A DNA stretch of 37,503 nt from an uncultured Clostridium sp. (GCA_964531445.1 CAZHCX010000001.1:1-37503); one strand, 5' to 3'; shown: positions 20,004 to 30,015, counted from the first letter of the stretch. Numbers and translations are program-made. Notes: generated from the letters alone by a model not told the origin.

Positions 20004-20618
20004 CTAATCTTTCTTAGATTTTTTAAATGACCATTTATCTTTAACCACAACATTTTTTGTTTCTTTACTCAAATCACTTTTATCAATAAAACCACCTTGA
20101 TATAAGCATTTTATATACATAATAAGTGAAAAAATTGTACAAATTATAGCAACACAGAATATTCCTAAATCTATATTAAACCATAATTGAGAAAGCTTTA
20201 ATTGTTCTGCAACTAAAGAAACAACAATAGCTAAATAAAATAAAACAGTTGCTAATTTTCCATACCACTTACTATAAACAACAACATCCTTACCATAAAG
20301 GAATGATGCACCTACTACCATAATTAATTCTTTTAAAACAACAATAGCAAGAATACATACAGGTATAATTTTTACAGTAACCAAAGATGCAAGCACAGAA
20401 ATCTGTGTTAATTTATCAGCTAGAGGATCCATTAATTTTCCAAAATTAGAAACTAAATTGAATTTTCTAGCGATAAAACCATCTAAAACATCAGTTATTC
20501 CAGAAATTGTGAAAAACACAATTCCTAGAATATAATTTCCTGTAAAAATAAATTTTAGAATAAATGGTATAAAAATAAATCTTAATATTGTTAAAATATT
20601 TGGTATATGTTTAAACAT
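20004..20618 (-). CDS. pgsA: CDP-diacylglycerol--glycerol-3-phosphate 3-phosphatidyltransferase (CDP-alcohol phosphatidyltransferase family)
   Basis: DVLDGFIARKFNLVSNFGKLMDPLADKL matches D-x2-DG-x2-AR-x8-G-x3-D-x3-D. Multi-TM protein. It lies 10 nt downstream of clpE with its own RBS. Confidence 0.85.
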   Translation of the reverse strand: MFKHIPNILTILRFIFIPFILKFIFTGNYILGIVFFTISGITDVLDGFIARKFNLVSNFGKLMDPLADKLTQISVLASLVTVKIIPVCILAIVVLKELIMVVGASFLYGKDVVVYSKWYGKLATVLFYLAIVVSLVAEQLKLSQLWFNIDLGIFCVAIICTIFSLIMYIKCLYQGGFIDKSDLSKETKNVVVKDKWSFKKSKKD

Positions 20619-20628
20619 TTTTTTCTCC

Positions 20629-23007
20629 TTATTTTTTTGTAGTTATTAACAATTTATCATTTTCTAAATCAACTGTAACAGTTTGACCATCAAGAATTTC
20701 TCCTTTTAAAATCATTTCTGATATTTCATCTTCAACATATCTTTGGATAGCTCTTCTTAAAGGTCTAGCTCCAAATTTAATATTTGTTCCTTTTTCTAAA
20801 ATATATTGTTTAGCTTCTTTTGTAATTTCAAAAGAAATATCTTTTTGTTTTAAAGCATTAATTGTAACATTAAGCATTAAATCAACAATTTGAAGTAATT
20901 CTTCTTTATTTAAAGAATTAAATACAATAATTTCATCAATTCTATTTAAAAACTCTGGTCTAAATACATCTTTTAAGCTATCTTCTATTTTTGATTTATC
21001 AACAGTTTGTTTTCCAAATCCAATTGAATTATTATTTAAATTTGAACCAGCATTTGATGTCATAATTATAATTGTATTTGCAAAGCTTACAGTGTTTCCT
21101 TGAGAATCTGTTAACTTTCCATCATCTAATACTTGTAATAAAATATTAAATACATCAGGATGAGCTTTTTCAATTTCATCTAAAAGGATAATTGAATAAG
21201 GTTTTCTTTTAACTTTTTCAGTTAATTGTCCTGCATCATCATAACCAACATATCCTGGAGGAGCACCAATCAATTTAGATGTAGAATGGCTCTCCATATA
21301 TTCTGACATATCAACTCTAATTATTGAATCTTCTGAACCAAACATTTCGTAAGCAAGTGATTTTGCAAGTTCTGTTTTACCAACACCAGTAGGTCCAACA
21401 AATATAAATGATGGTGGTCTTTTTTCGTTTTGAAGACCTGCTCTGTTTCTTCTAATAGCTCTAGAAACAGCACTTACAGCTTCCTCTTGACCAATTATTC
21501 TTTTATGAAGATTAGACTCTAAGTTTAATAATTTTTGTGTTTCAGCTTCTGTTATTTTCTTAACAGGAATTTTAGTCCAACTTTCAATTACATTTGCAAT
21601 ATCTTGAACAGTTAAATTCTTAACAGTCATTTTATTGTTTAATTCATCAATTTCTTCCATAAGTTTGCATTCTTGAGTTTTTAAATCAGCAACTCTTTGG
21701 TAATCTTCTGTTGTTTCGGCATCAGTTGTCTCAGTAACCTCAGAAAGTTCTTCCTTTTGAGTTTGAACTTTAACTAATTCTCTTTTTAAAATTTCTAATT
21801 TGTATAAATCTTTATTCTCTAAATTGATTCTTGAACAAGCCTCATCAAGAATATCTATTGCTTTATCAGGTAAAAATCTATCATGAATATATTTTTCAGA
21901 CATTATAACTGTTTGACGGATAACATCTGTTGATATTTTTACTTTATGATATTCTTCATAATATTTTTTGATACCTTCAAGAATTCCAATTGAATCATCA
22001 ATATTTGGTTCTTCAACTAAAACTTGTTGGAATCTCCTTTCCAAAGCAGAGTCTTTTTCTATATATTTTCTATATTCTTTTAAAGTAGTAGTTCCAATTA
22101 ATTGAACCTCACCATTTGATAATGCAGGCTTTAAGATATTTGCAGCATTCATAGAATGTTCACCATCACCAGCACCAATAATGTTGTGGATTTCATCAAT
22201 AACTAAAATAATATTACCAAAAGATTTACATTCATCAATAATTCCTTTAATTCTTGACTCAAATTGCCCTCTAAATTGAGTGCCAGCAATAATTGCAGTC
22301 ATATCTAAAAGATAAACTTCTTTGTTTAAAAGTTTTGCTGGAACATTTTCATTAGCAATTCTAATAGCTAAACCTTGTGCAATAGCTGTTTTACCAACAC
22401 CAGGTTCACCAATTAAACAAGGATTGTTTTTTGAACGTCTATTTAAAATTTGAATAATTCTTTGAATTTCCTTATCTCTACCAATAACCATATCTAATTG
22501 ATTATTTTTAGCCTTAACAGTTAGATTTGTACCATAAGTGTCTAAGAATTTTTTCTTCTTATTTTGTTTATTTTCTTTCTTTTTATCTGATTTTACATTT
22601 TTTGAAGAAGATTTATTTTCATTTCCATCTTTTTCTCCGCGTTGAAACATATTTGAAAATATTGAACCAAGAGGTATTGCAGCTCCTGTTATTTTTGGAC
22701 CTTCACCATCATCATTGTCTTCATCATTTAAATCACCAAAAGTAATTGCGCCATCAATATTTTCTATATTATTTAAATCTAAATTATCAGCAAAATCTTT
22801 AAAAATAGATTCCAATTGTTTATTCATATCTGAAAGGTTGATTTTATCCTTTGATAAAAAATCTTGTTGGTTAGATAAAACCTCCATTGGATTAATTCCT
22901 CTTTTTTTAGCACAATCAAAACATAAACCTTCCATTGTGTTTTTTCCATTATCTATTTTTTCATAAAAAATTATTGCTGGGTTTTTATTACAATCTGAAC
23001 ATATCAT
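20629..23007 (-). CDS. clpE: Clp/Hsp100 AAA+ ATPase of the ClpE type (N-terminal zinc ribbon instead of a Clp_N repeat domain)
   Basis: N-terminal CSDC...CFDC zinc ribbon, then two AAA+ modules ([10 protein letters not shown]; [12 protein letters not shown]), a middle coiled coil, and a ClpP-docking type loop region. A long acidic/basic low-complexity linker follows the zinc ribbon. Confidence 0.85.
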   Translation of the reverse strand: MICSDCNKNPAIIFYEKIDNGKNTMEGLCFDCAKKRGINPMEVLSNQQDFLSKDKINLSDMNKQLESIFKDFADNLDLNNIENIDGAITFGDLNDEDNDDGEGPKITGAAIPLGSIFSNMFQRGEKDGNENKSSSKNVKSDKKKENKQNKKKKFLDTYGTNLTVKAKNNQLDMVIGRDKEIQRIIQILNRRSKNNPCLIGEPGVGKTAIAQGLAIRIANENVPAKLLNKEVYLLDMTAIIAGTQFRGQFESRIKGIIDECKSFGNIILVIDEIHNIIGAGDGEHSMNAANILKPALSNGEVQLIGTTTLKEYRKYIEKDSALERRFQQVLVEEPNIDDSIGILEGIKKYYEEYHKVKISTDVIRQTVIMSEKYIHDRFLPDKAIDILDEACSRINLENKDLYKLEILKRELVKVQTQKEELSEVTETTDAETTEDYQRVADLKTQECKLMEEIDELNNKMTVKNLTVQDIANVIESWTKIPVKKITEAETQKLLNLESNLHKRIIGQEEAVSAVSRAIRRNRAGLQNEKRPPSFIFVGPTGVGKTELAKSLAYEMFGSEDSIIRVDMSEYMESHSTSKLIGAPPGYVGYDDAGQLTEKVKRKPYSIILLDEIEKAHPDVFNILLQVLDDGKLTDSQGNTVSFANTIIIMTSNAGSNLNNNSIGFGKQTVDKSKIEDSLKDVFRPEFLNRIDEIIVFNSLNKEELLQIVDLMLNVTINALKQKDISFEITKEAKQYILEKGTNIKFGARPLRRAIQRYVEDEISEMILKGEILDGQTVTVDLENDKLLITTKK

Positions 23008-23049
23008 AACTTTCTATTTCCTCATTTCTATAATTAATAAATATTATAT

Positions 23050-23111
23050 ATAATATCTCAAAAATGCCAAATAGTCAAATGTTTGACTATTTTTTTTAAA
23101 AATGATATAAT
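23050..23111. promoter_or_regulatory. Back-to-back divergent consensus promoters whose -35 boxes form one palindrome
   Basis: + strand: TTGACT (23083-23088), 17 nt, TGaTATAAT (-10 at 23106-23111). Minus strand: TTGACT (23078-23073), 17 nt, TATTAT (23055-23050). Together these read AGTCAAA-tg-TTTGACT. Confidence 0.65.
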
Positions 23112-23144
23112 AAATTGATAATTAAAATTTTAGGAGAAAAAGTT

Positions 23145-23993
23145 ATGAAATTAGAACTTCCGGAAAAGGAAAAATTAAATAGAAAAAGAATAGCACTATT
23201 TACAGTTATATTAATAATAATCATAATAGCTATAACTGTAGTTGTAGGAGTGCAAATTCTTGGAAATGACGTTGTAAACAATATGTTTGGAATAAGCAAA
23301 ATAGTAAAAAGAACAGAAGAGGAAAAGGCAGAATTAAAAGTTAATTTTGAAAATATAATAGACAACCAATTTCAAGATAACAATAATTATGAAGTAAAAA
23401 AAATAGAAGATGATAAAAATCTTATTTTTACAAGTTACAGCAAAGAAGAAAAAAATGAAAAATATGAAATAAATGTAAATTTACCATATATAAATATAAA
23501 AAATAAAACTGTGCAAAATTTCAACAATGAAATTGAAAACACATTTAAAGGAAAAACAGAAGATATTTTAAATAACCCAGACAAAAACGCAATATATACT
23601 GTAAAATATAAAGCGTATGTAGAAAATAAAATTTTATCAGTAATAATCTATTCAGATTTAAAACAAGATACATCAGCTCAAAGAGATATTATTCAAACAT
23701 TTAATTATAATCTAGAAGAAAATAAAGAATTAACATTAGAAGATACATTAAAAATTTATGAACTTGATAAAAAAGATACTCAAAAAATAATAAATGATGA
23801 TATACAAGCAGAACAAAAGAAATCGGAAGATTTAATACAATTAGGATATAATGTTTTTTCTAGAGATTTAAATAGTGAAATATATAAGATAGAAAACATC
23901 AAAGAATATTTTATACACAATGGCAACATATATATAATATTTGCCTATGGAAACACAAACTTAACAACACAAATGGATATAGTAATAATATAA
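23145..23993 (+). CDS. Membrane-anchored hypothetical protein (DUF4163/DUF3298-like pattern, low confidence)
   Basis: The ATG at 23145 follows AGGAG by 8 nt. One N-terminal TM helix. The segment YEINVNLPYINIKNKTVQNFNNEIENTF resembles RsiV/PdaC-type extracellular domains. Confidence 0.6.
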   Translation: MKLELPEKEKLNRKRIALFTVILIIIIIAITVVVGVQILGNDVVNNMFGISKIVKRTEEEKAELKVNFENIIDNQFQDNNNYEVKKIEDDKNLIFTSYSKEEKNEKYEINVNLPYINIKNKTVQNFNNEIENTFKGKTEDILNNPDKNAIYTVKYKAYVENKILSVIIYSDLKQDTSAQRDIIQTFNYNLEENKELTLEDTLKIYELDKKDTQKIINDDIQAEQKKSEDLIQLGYNVFSRDLNSEIYKIENIKEYFIHNGNIYIIFAYGNTNLTTQMDIVII

Positions 23994-24020
23994 GAGCAAG
24001 ACACTTAAGTCTTGCTCTTT
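23991..24020. terminator. Hairpin terminator between convergent genes
   Basis: agagcaagac (23991-24000) pairs with gtcttgctct (24007-24016), followed by ttt. Confidence 0.75.
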
Positions 24021-24134
24021 TGAAAATAAAAGGGGATGTTTTTCAATTTGAGTCAGTTCCTACTGACTATGGCTAAATTATAATAATGAATTTTGTCCAT
24101 TGTGTGAATTCAAAGTGAAGATTATAAGAAATTA

Positions 24135-25382
24135 CTAAGGTTGTTCACCTAGAGTTAAAGTGATATCTTTTTCGCTTCCATCTCTATTAACCTTTAAATT
24201 TAAAGTATCACCAATTTTATGAGAATTTTTAATTTCATTTAACTCATCCATTGTTGTAATTGATTTACCATCAACTGCAATAATAACATCTCCAGATTTT
24301 AAACCTGCTTTTTCTGCTGATGAAAAATCTTGGACAGATTTAACATATACACCAACAACTAAATTATAACGCTTAGCAGTTTCTTCATTTAAACTAATTC
24401 CTTCAATACCAATATATGGTCTTTTAACTTTACTAAATTGAATCAATTGTGTTGTAACATCAGTAGTTGCATTTATAGGAATAGCAAATCCAATACCTTC
24501 AATTCCTGTTCCAGATAATTTTAAAGTATTAATACCAATAACTTTACCTTCGCTGTTTACCAAAGCACCACCACTGTTACCAGAATTTATAGCTGCATCT
24601 GTTTGAATGCATTTATATGTTTTTCCATCAGAATCAGTAATTTTTCTATTAAGTGCACTTACAATACCAGTTGTAACAGTGCTTTGCATATTTATAGGGT
24701 TTCCAACAGCCATTGCAAATTCACCAACTTTTACATCATCAGAATCAGCAAATTCTGCTTTAGTTAAACCAGTTTTTTCAATTTTAATAACAGCTAAATC
24801 TGTTTGTTCATCTTGACCAACAATTTTTGCTTCATATTCTGTTTCATCATCAAATAATTTTACTGTTACTTTTGTAGCTTCAGAAATTTGATAATATAAA
24901 CTTGATTCAGATGAAGATGAAGAAACAACATGGTTATTAGTTAAAATATAACCGTCTTCACTAATTATAATTCCTGAACCAGAAGCAGATGCTGTTGAAG
25001 TTGCACCTCTGCCAAAAATAGAATTTGTATTTACAGTATATTCGATTTTAATACCAACAATTGAAGGTAAAACCTTATTTGCAGCATATACAGCTGTATC
25101 AGAATAATTTTTTAAAGAAACATCTCTAACATATCCTGTTGATTGAGTTGAATTATTATTTGTAGTACTTACAGGAGAGTTTGTGCTTCCAACAACCTTT
25201 GTTCTAATTGAAGGAACACCAAAAACAGTTCCTAATACAACAGAACATCCTGCAACACCGCTGACAAATGGTATTAAAACACTCTTTCCAAATCCTGATT
25301 TATTTTTTGTTGATTGATTATATGAAGCAGAACCTGTAACAGGTATAGCTTTGAATTTTTCACTATTGTTATTTTCTTCCAT
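24135..25382 (-). CDS. htrA: HtrA/DegP-family serine protease with an N-terminal membrane anchor and a C-terminal PDZ domain
   Basis: Catalytic triad contexts TNNHVV, DLAVIKI and GNSGGALVN. PDZ segment GVYVKSV...AGLKSGDVIIAVDG. RBS AGGAGG. Confidence 0.93.
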   Translation of the reverse strand: MEENNNSEKFKAIPVTGSASYNQSTKNKSGFGKSVLIPFVSGVAGCSVVLGTVFGVPSIRTKVVGSTNSPVSTTNNNSTQSTGYVRDVSLKNYSDTAVYAANKVLPSIVGIKIEYTVNTNSIFGRGATSTASASGSGIIISEDGYILTNNHVVSSSSSESSLYYQISEATKVTVKLFDDETEYEAKIVGQDEQTDLAVIKIEKTGLTKAEFADSDDVKVGEFAMAVGNPINMQSTVTTGIVSALNRKITDSDGKTYKCIQTDAAINSGNSGGALVNSEGKVIGINTLKLSGTGIEGIGFAIPINATTDVTTQLIQFSKVKRPYIGIEGISLNEETAKRYNLVVGVYVKSVQDFSSAEKAGLKSGDVIIAVDGKSITTMDELNEIKNSHKIGDTLNLKVNRDGSEKDITLTLGEQP

Positions 25383-25451
25383 AACTTTTTCCTCCTAAAT
25401 TTATAAACTGAGTATATGATAACTCGAATTATAAATATAATACAAGTGTTT

Positions 25452-25481
25452 TGTGAAAAAATTGTGAAAAAAATGTAAAAA
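25452..25481 (-). promoter_or_regulatory. Three direct octamer repeats at 11-bp periodicity upstream of htrA (candidate response-regulator, CssR-type, binding site)
   Basis: In the htrA sense: TTTTTACA-ttt-TTTTCACA-att-TTTTCACA. The proximal copy overlaps a TTCACA -35-like hexamer about 17-18 nt from a TATAAT. Confidence 0.55.
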
Positions 25482-25492
25482 TTATTTGGTAT

Positions 25493-25675
25493 TTAATATA
25501 GTTTAATTAGAAAAATAATACTTGTAAAAATAGTAACTAAAATAGCAAATGATATTATTGCTATACCGCCAGCCCTATTGTTTTCAGTTTTTATTTCATA
25601 CATTGCATAATATATTGTTTTTAGTAATGTAAAAGCAACAATTATTACATAAAAAATAAGATATATTAGATTCAT
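25493..25675 (-). CDS. Small two-TM membrane protein, hypothetical
   Basis: 60 codons with two hydrophobic helices. Good RBS (GGAGG, 6-nt spacing). Confidence 0.5.
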   Translation of the reverse strand: MNLIYLIFYVIIVAFTLLKTIYYAMYEIKTENNRAGGIAIISFAILVTIFTSIIFLIKLY

Positions 25676-25718
25676 AAATTGCCTCCTAGTATTTAGAAAA
25701 ATATTTATATATATAACA

Positions 25719-25748
25719 GCAAACCTAAAATAATAATCTTAGGTTTGC
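25719..25748 (-). terminator. Hairpin at the end of the germinant receptor operon
   Basis: gcaaacctaa (25719-25728) pairs with ttaggtttgc (25739-25748). It overlaps the stop codon of the C-subunit gene. Confidence 0.6.
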
Positions 25749-26953
25749 GTCAACAAAAATCCAGAATTAATTATAGTATTAACATCAACATCAAAAGTAG
25801 CATTTTTATAATTATCAAGCCAGCCATAATTGTTAAATTCATTAGTAGTATTAAACTCAGACAAAGCGCGTAAACCAAAACCATTAATATCACTACTATA
25901 AACAGTAGATGTTTTATACAAATACTCAGAAAATTGTTGTTCTAAATATCTATCACAAGAATTAGAAACAGCACTTAAAACTTCATTATTCAAATACTTA
26001 GAATCATTTGTCATTGAATAAATCTTACCAGTAAAATTAAGCTGCACCTTTATATAAGGAGAACCATTTACATTAGAAACTTCAATCTTTTTATTAGCCT
26101 TAGGAGTTAGATAAATATCTACTTTAGAATTATTATTTTCAGGATCAGGAACCGAAACAAGAAAACTATTAACTTCACCCTTTAAATTTAGAAAACAATC
26201 AGTTTCTATAGCATCAAGTTCGCCAACCAATTTATCAGCCTTAAAAATTGCAAGACCTATATTTTGAGTTTTTCTACTACCGTCAATAGAAGTATTATCA
26301 GCTTTCATAGTGTCGTCATCAGACTCAGTAGATGTACTTGATTTTGAACTCACACCACCAAGCATTGCATAAGGCTCACAACTATTACATTTTAAAGAGT
26401 TGAAAAAATCTCCAATAGTAGCATTGCTTGTGTAACCAGAATATTTTCCGGTGTCAGGGAAGATATCATAATATCTAGGTATTACAATTCCTAAACTAGG
26501 AATTGAATTTTCCATATAATATTTTGTATTACATTTACTTACAATTATATTTGCAGAAGGTCTTACTTGAACTTCATTTATCAAAGAGAAAATCTCATTA
26601 GAAATACCTTCTTTTGCAAGTTCTTCAGAAAATACAATTAATTTGCAATGAGAAAGATTAACTTTTCTACCTAAATATGCATTCATCATATTTATTCCAT
26701 TAGTAATAGAAGAGCAATCTACGCTATTAATTACAGGAGTCATCTCAGATGACCCCTCTCCACTTGAAGAAGGTGAAAGAAACTCAAAAGATACTTTTAA
26801 ATTATTAGTATCTGATTTATCTATACCCATTGCGGCCACAAAAGCAGCATTATCAAGATTTAACGCTCTGTATGATGGGGAAAAACTAAATATAAATAAA
26901 ATAATTAATATTAAAATTGATATTTTTTTAAGTGTTGAGTTTATTTTTTTCAC
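25739..26953 (-). CDS. Spore germination protein, GerA-family C subunit (Ger(x)C)
   Basis: The size, the FVAAMGIDKSD motif near the N-terminus and its position after the A and B subunits all fit. GTG start overlaps the B-subunit gene by 26 nt. There is no Cys in the signal-peptide region. Confidence 0.82.
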   Translation of the reverse strand: MKKINSTLKKISILILIILFIFSFSPSYRALNLDNAAFVAAMGIDKSDTNNLKVSFEFLSPSSSGEGSSEMTPVINSVDCSSITNGINMMNAYLGRKVNLSHCKLIVFSEELAKEGISNEIFSLINEVQVRPSANIIVSKCNTKYYMENSIPSLGIVIPRYYDIFPDTGKYSGYTSNATIGDFFNSLKCNSCEPYAMLGGVSSKSSTSTESDDDTMKADNTSIDGSRKTQNIGLAIFKADKLVGELDAIETDCFLNLKGEVNSFLVSVPDPENNNSKVDIYLTPKANKKIEVSNVNGSPYIKVQLNFTGKIYSMTNDSKYLNNEVLSAVSNSCDRYLEQQFSEYLYKTSTVYSSDINGFGLRALSEFNTTNEFNNYGWLDNYKNATFDVDVNTIINSGFLLTQT

Positions 26954-28034
26954 CTACTTTCTTCTTTTTTAAATTAGCTAAAATTAAAATTGTTAAACCT
27001 AAAATATAACCAATAGCAATTCTCATATATCTATAAATATGTGTTTCAAATAAGTTTGAAAAAGCATAATTTTTAGGTAGTAATGCAATTCCAAACATTA
27101 AAATTACAAATAGACTTAGGATAGGTGTCATATCAGAAAGATTAAACATTCTTCCAAAAATATGTGCACAAAATTTACAAGTAATACTCAAATAACAAGA
27201 AAAAGAAATAATCCAAATTAACAAAAATAAAGATTCAAATCTTTGAAAAAATGATCCAAACTCAATATATCTTGCTGTTGTAAAAAGTGGCATAATCTCA
27301 TCTGTTGAAGTAAAAAATGCAAACATAAAAAACAATGTCGCGACACAAAGAGCGATAAATGCACCAGTACATAAAACTGAAATTATAGCAATTTTTTTAA
27401 ATTTTTCTGGTTCTTTAAGCATAGGTGGAAGAAAATATAAATAACATATTCCACCAAAAGCACCAATATTTCTAAGCCCCAAAACAAAAGTATCATAAAG
27501 TCCATTTCCTAAAATAGGATAAATTCTATTAAAGTTAAAATTACCAAGATTTCCACAAAACAATAGAACAACACTTATAAGTACAATTGGAAAAAATATT
27601 GATGATGCATTTATAGTTGCATTAAAACTTAATCTATTAACTATTGCAATTGCAAATAAAAACATTAAAATTACTGTTATATAGCTAGTTAAGGGATAAT
27701 AAACAACAACCAAACCTTCACAAAAATTTCTAAGCATTAAAGAAGAACTTACAATAAAATAAAAAATAAAAAATGTACCAACTATATTTTTTAAAACATC
27801 TCCACCTAAAAATTTTGAAATATCTAAAATATCCAAAGAAGGAAATTGTTTAAATAATCTACAAAATATTAAAATAATAAATAGAACAATAGCCGTAATA
27901 TATATAATGTTTAATAAAGTAGCGGATTTTGTTTCGTTTATAAAACTATTCGGCAAAGAGCTAGTTATATAAGAAACAACAATTGAAAGTGTTAGCATGA
28001 TTGCGCTAATTGTATTAATTTTTGACTTTAACAT
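26928..28034 (-). CDS. Spore germination protein, GerA-family B subunit (APC-type permease-like)
   Basis: A protein of about 10 TM helices and 368 aa, located between the A and C subunits. Confidence 0.88.
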   Translation of the reverse strand: MLKSKINTISAIMLTLSIVVSYITSSLPNSFINETKSATLLNIIYITAIVLFIILIFCRLFKQFPSLDILDISKFLGGDVLKNIVGTFFIFYFIVSSSLMLRNFCEGLVVVYYPLTSYITVILMFLFAIAIVNRLSFNATINASSIFFPIVLISVVLLFCGNLGNFNFNRIYPILGNGLYDTFVLGLRNIGAFGGICYLYFLPPMLKEPEKFKKIAIISVLCTGAFIALCVATLFFMFAFFTSTDEIMPLFTTARYIEFGSFFQRFESLFLLIWIISFSCYLSITCKFCAHIFGRMFNLSDMTPILSLFVILMFGIALLPKNYAFSNLFETHIYRYMRIAIGYILGLTILILANLKKKKVGEKNKLNT

Positions 28035-28040
28035 TAATAA

Positions 28041-29750
28041 CTAATCCTCCTTTGAAATATATTTCCAACCCATAGAAATTTTTTCTTCTTTTCTTTCTTT
28101 TTTAGGAGAAAGAGAAGAAAAACGATGTTCTCTTTGCCAAATTGATGGAAGTATAACTCCACTGTTTTTTAAATTTTCCATATAAGAATATGGAACTGAA
28201 TAAGAAACTCCAAAAGAATTCATATCACAAATAATTGCAACATAAACAAATAAGCCTAAACCAATTCCTAAGAAACCAGATGAAAAGCCAAGTACTATAA
28301 ATAAAAATCTAAAAACTCTTAAGTGAAAACTGTAAGAATAATCTGGAATTGCAAAAGAGCTTAAAGCAGTTATAGCAACAATAATGATTAATATAGGACT
28401 TACAATACCAGCACTTACAGCAGCCTGACCAATAACCAATGCACCGACTATACCAATTGTAGAACCAATTGCAGATGGAACTCTGAGACTAGCTTCACGT
28501 ATAATTTCAAAAGAAACTTCCATTAAAAGAATCTCAAAAATTATAGGAAAAGGAACGCTTTCTCTTGCTGCTAAAATAGAGTAGAGGAGTTCTGTTGGTA
28601 ATATCTCAACGTGAAAACTTGTTACAGAAACATATAATCCAGGTAGCAAAAGAGCAAAAAATGCACATATAATTCTAATTACTCTTAAAAAATTAGCAAA
28701 AGTTGTTTTTAAATTTCTATCTTCAGGTGAAGTAAGAAAATCAATCAAAACAGTAGGCAAAATAAGAGCATAAGGACTTCCGTTTAGTAAAACAACAACT
28801 CTACCTTCAAGAAGATGTTGGGCTGCATTGTCAGCACGTTCTGTTGAAATAGTTTTAGGCAGACCAAGAGAATTACTATCGCTTATTAATTGGTCTAATT
28901 GACCTGTAGAAAGAACAGAATCAACATCAAGATTATTTATTCTGTATTTAACTTCTGCAACTAAATCATCATTTGCAATATTTTTCATGTAACAAACGGC
29001 ACATACAGTTTTAGTTATTTTTCCAACATTTAAATTTTCAACAATAAGGTTTTCATTATGTGTAAAACGTCTTAATAAAGAAGTATTTGTACGAATATTT
29101 TCTACAAAAGCCTCATGAGCACCTTTAATTACGATTTCATTTTCAGGTTTATTTACTTCTCTTTGTTTAAAACCTTTTATATCTATATCAAAAACAACAT
29201 TAAGAGTGTCAACAAAAAGAGAGCAGTTACCAGAATTGACTCCAGAAAAAGCATCACTAAAAGAAGAACACATAGAAATATTATTTTGAGGAATCAAGCA
29301 ACTTTGTATATATTCAGATAAATCGAATTTTTTAACTTTTCTAACTGTAATATTATTGGTAACAGCTTCTGAAACAACTCTATTTTGATCACCATTAAAG
29401 AGGTTGTTATGATTTCTAAGCATTAAAGGTTCTAAAACAAAATCATTTAAAAGTTGAGAATCAACCATACCATCAATATAAAGTAAAAATGCTTTATATT
29501 GCTTGCCTCGAGCATTTAATACAAATTCACGAATAACAACATCACTGTTTATTAAAGCATTATATTTTGTTTTTACAAAATCTAAATTTACATCTAAACT
29601 TTCAAAAACTTTTGTTGAATCACTTGGAATTGAAATATTATCTTTTTGCTGACTTTTTTCTGAAAGATGTGGGTTGTCAGGTAAAGAAAAGTTGTATGAG
29701 TTTTGTGGTTTATATGCAAATGTGTTGTTTAAAATTTTTTTTATATTCAT
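28041..29750 (-). CDS. Spore germination protein, GerA-family A subunit
   Basis: Soluble N-terminal domain followed by a C-terminal TM bundle. Conserved stretches include GRVVVLLNGSPYALILP, LLRRF and PFPIIFEILLMEVSFEIIREA. Confidence 0.92.
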   Translation of the reverse strand: MNIKKILNNTFAYKPQNSYNFSLPDNPHLSEKSQQKDNISIPSDSTKVFESLDVNLDFVKTKYNALINSDVVIREFVLNARGKQYKAFLLYIDGMVDSQLLNDFVLEPLMLRNHNNLFNGDQNRVVSEAVTNNITVRKVKKFDLSEYIQSCLIPQNNISMCSSFSDAFSGVNSGNCSLFVDTLNVVFDIDIKGFKQREVNKPENEIVIKGAHEAFVENIRTNTSLLRRFTHNENLIVENLNVGKITKTVCAVCYMKNIANDDLVAEVKYRINNLDVDSVLSTGQLDQLISDSNSLGLPKTISTERADNAAQHLLEGRVVVLLNGSPYALILPTVLIDFLTSPEDRNLKTTFANFLRVIRIICAFFALLLPGLYVSVTSFHVEILPTELLYSILAARESVPFPIIFEILLMEVSFEIIREASLRVPSAIGSTIGIVGALVIGQAAVSAGIVSPILIIIVAITALSSFAIPDYSYSFHLRVFRFLFIVLGFSSGFLGIGLGLFVYVAIICDMNSFGVSYSVPYSYMENLKNSGVILPSIWQREHRFSSLSPKKERKEEKISMGWKYISKED

Positions 29751-29811
29751 TTAAATCACCGTTTTTTTATTATATATAGATGTTATAAATTACATATTAT
29801 AAGTTTGTTTT

Positions 29812-29895
29812 GTCCTGCTATGGGTAAATTTTTTATTTTTTTGTTCGTCCCAATACAAGCTCACTAAAAAAATAAAAAGTTTACCCAGCGCGGAC
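29812..29895. repeat. Long imperfect inverted repeat in the divergent intergenic region upstream of the ger operon
   Basis: gtcc..tgggtaaattttttattttttt (29812-29842) pairs with aaaaaaataaaaagtttaccca..ggac (29866-29895). The 23-nt loop is relatively GC-rich. Confidence 0.55.
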
Positions 29896-30015
29896 TAAAA
29901 GTTATAAACTGTAAATTATAACATCTTGTAGCTATTATTAACAAAAATAATTAAAATATACTGGTGTTTATTATCAATAAATGATATAATTAAAATGTAT
30001 GTAAGAAAGTGAGTG

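Noticed and set aside
23071-23090. Canonical CtsR operator at clpE
   Set aside because: CtsR boxes are direct heptad repeats. Here the heptad occurs once per strand as an inverted repeat, so I report it only as a palindrome and not as a CtsR site.
24023-24134. Possible micro-ORFs (about 15 codons on either strand) or an sRNA between the 23145 gene and htrA
   Set aside because: The RBS spacing is wrong (GGGG directly abuts the ATG), the only hairpin is a weak 6-bp one, and nothing distinguishes the region from ordinary spacer DNA.
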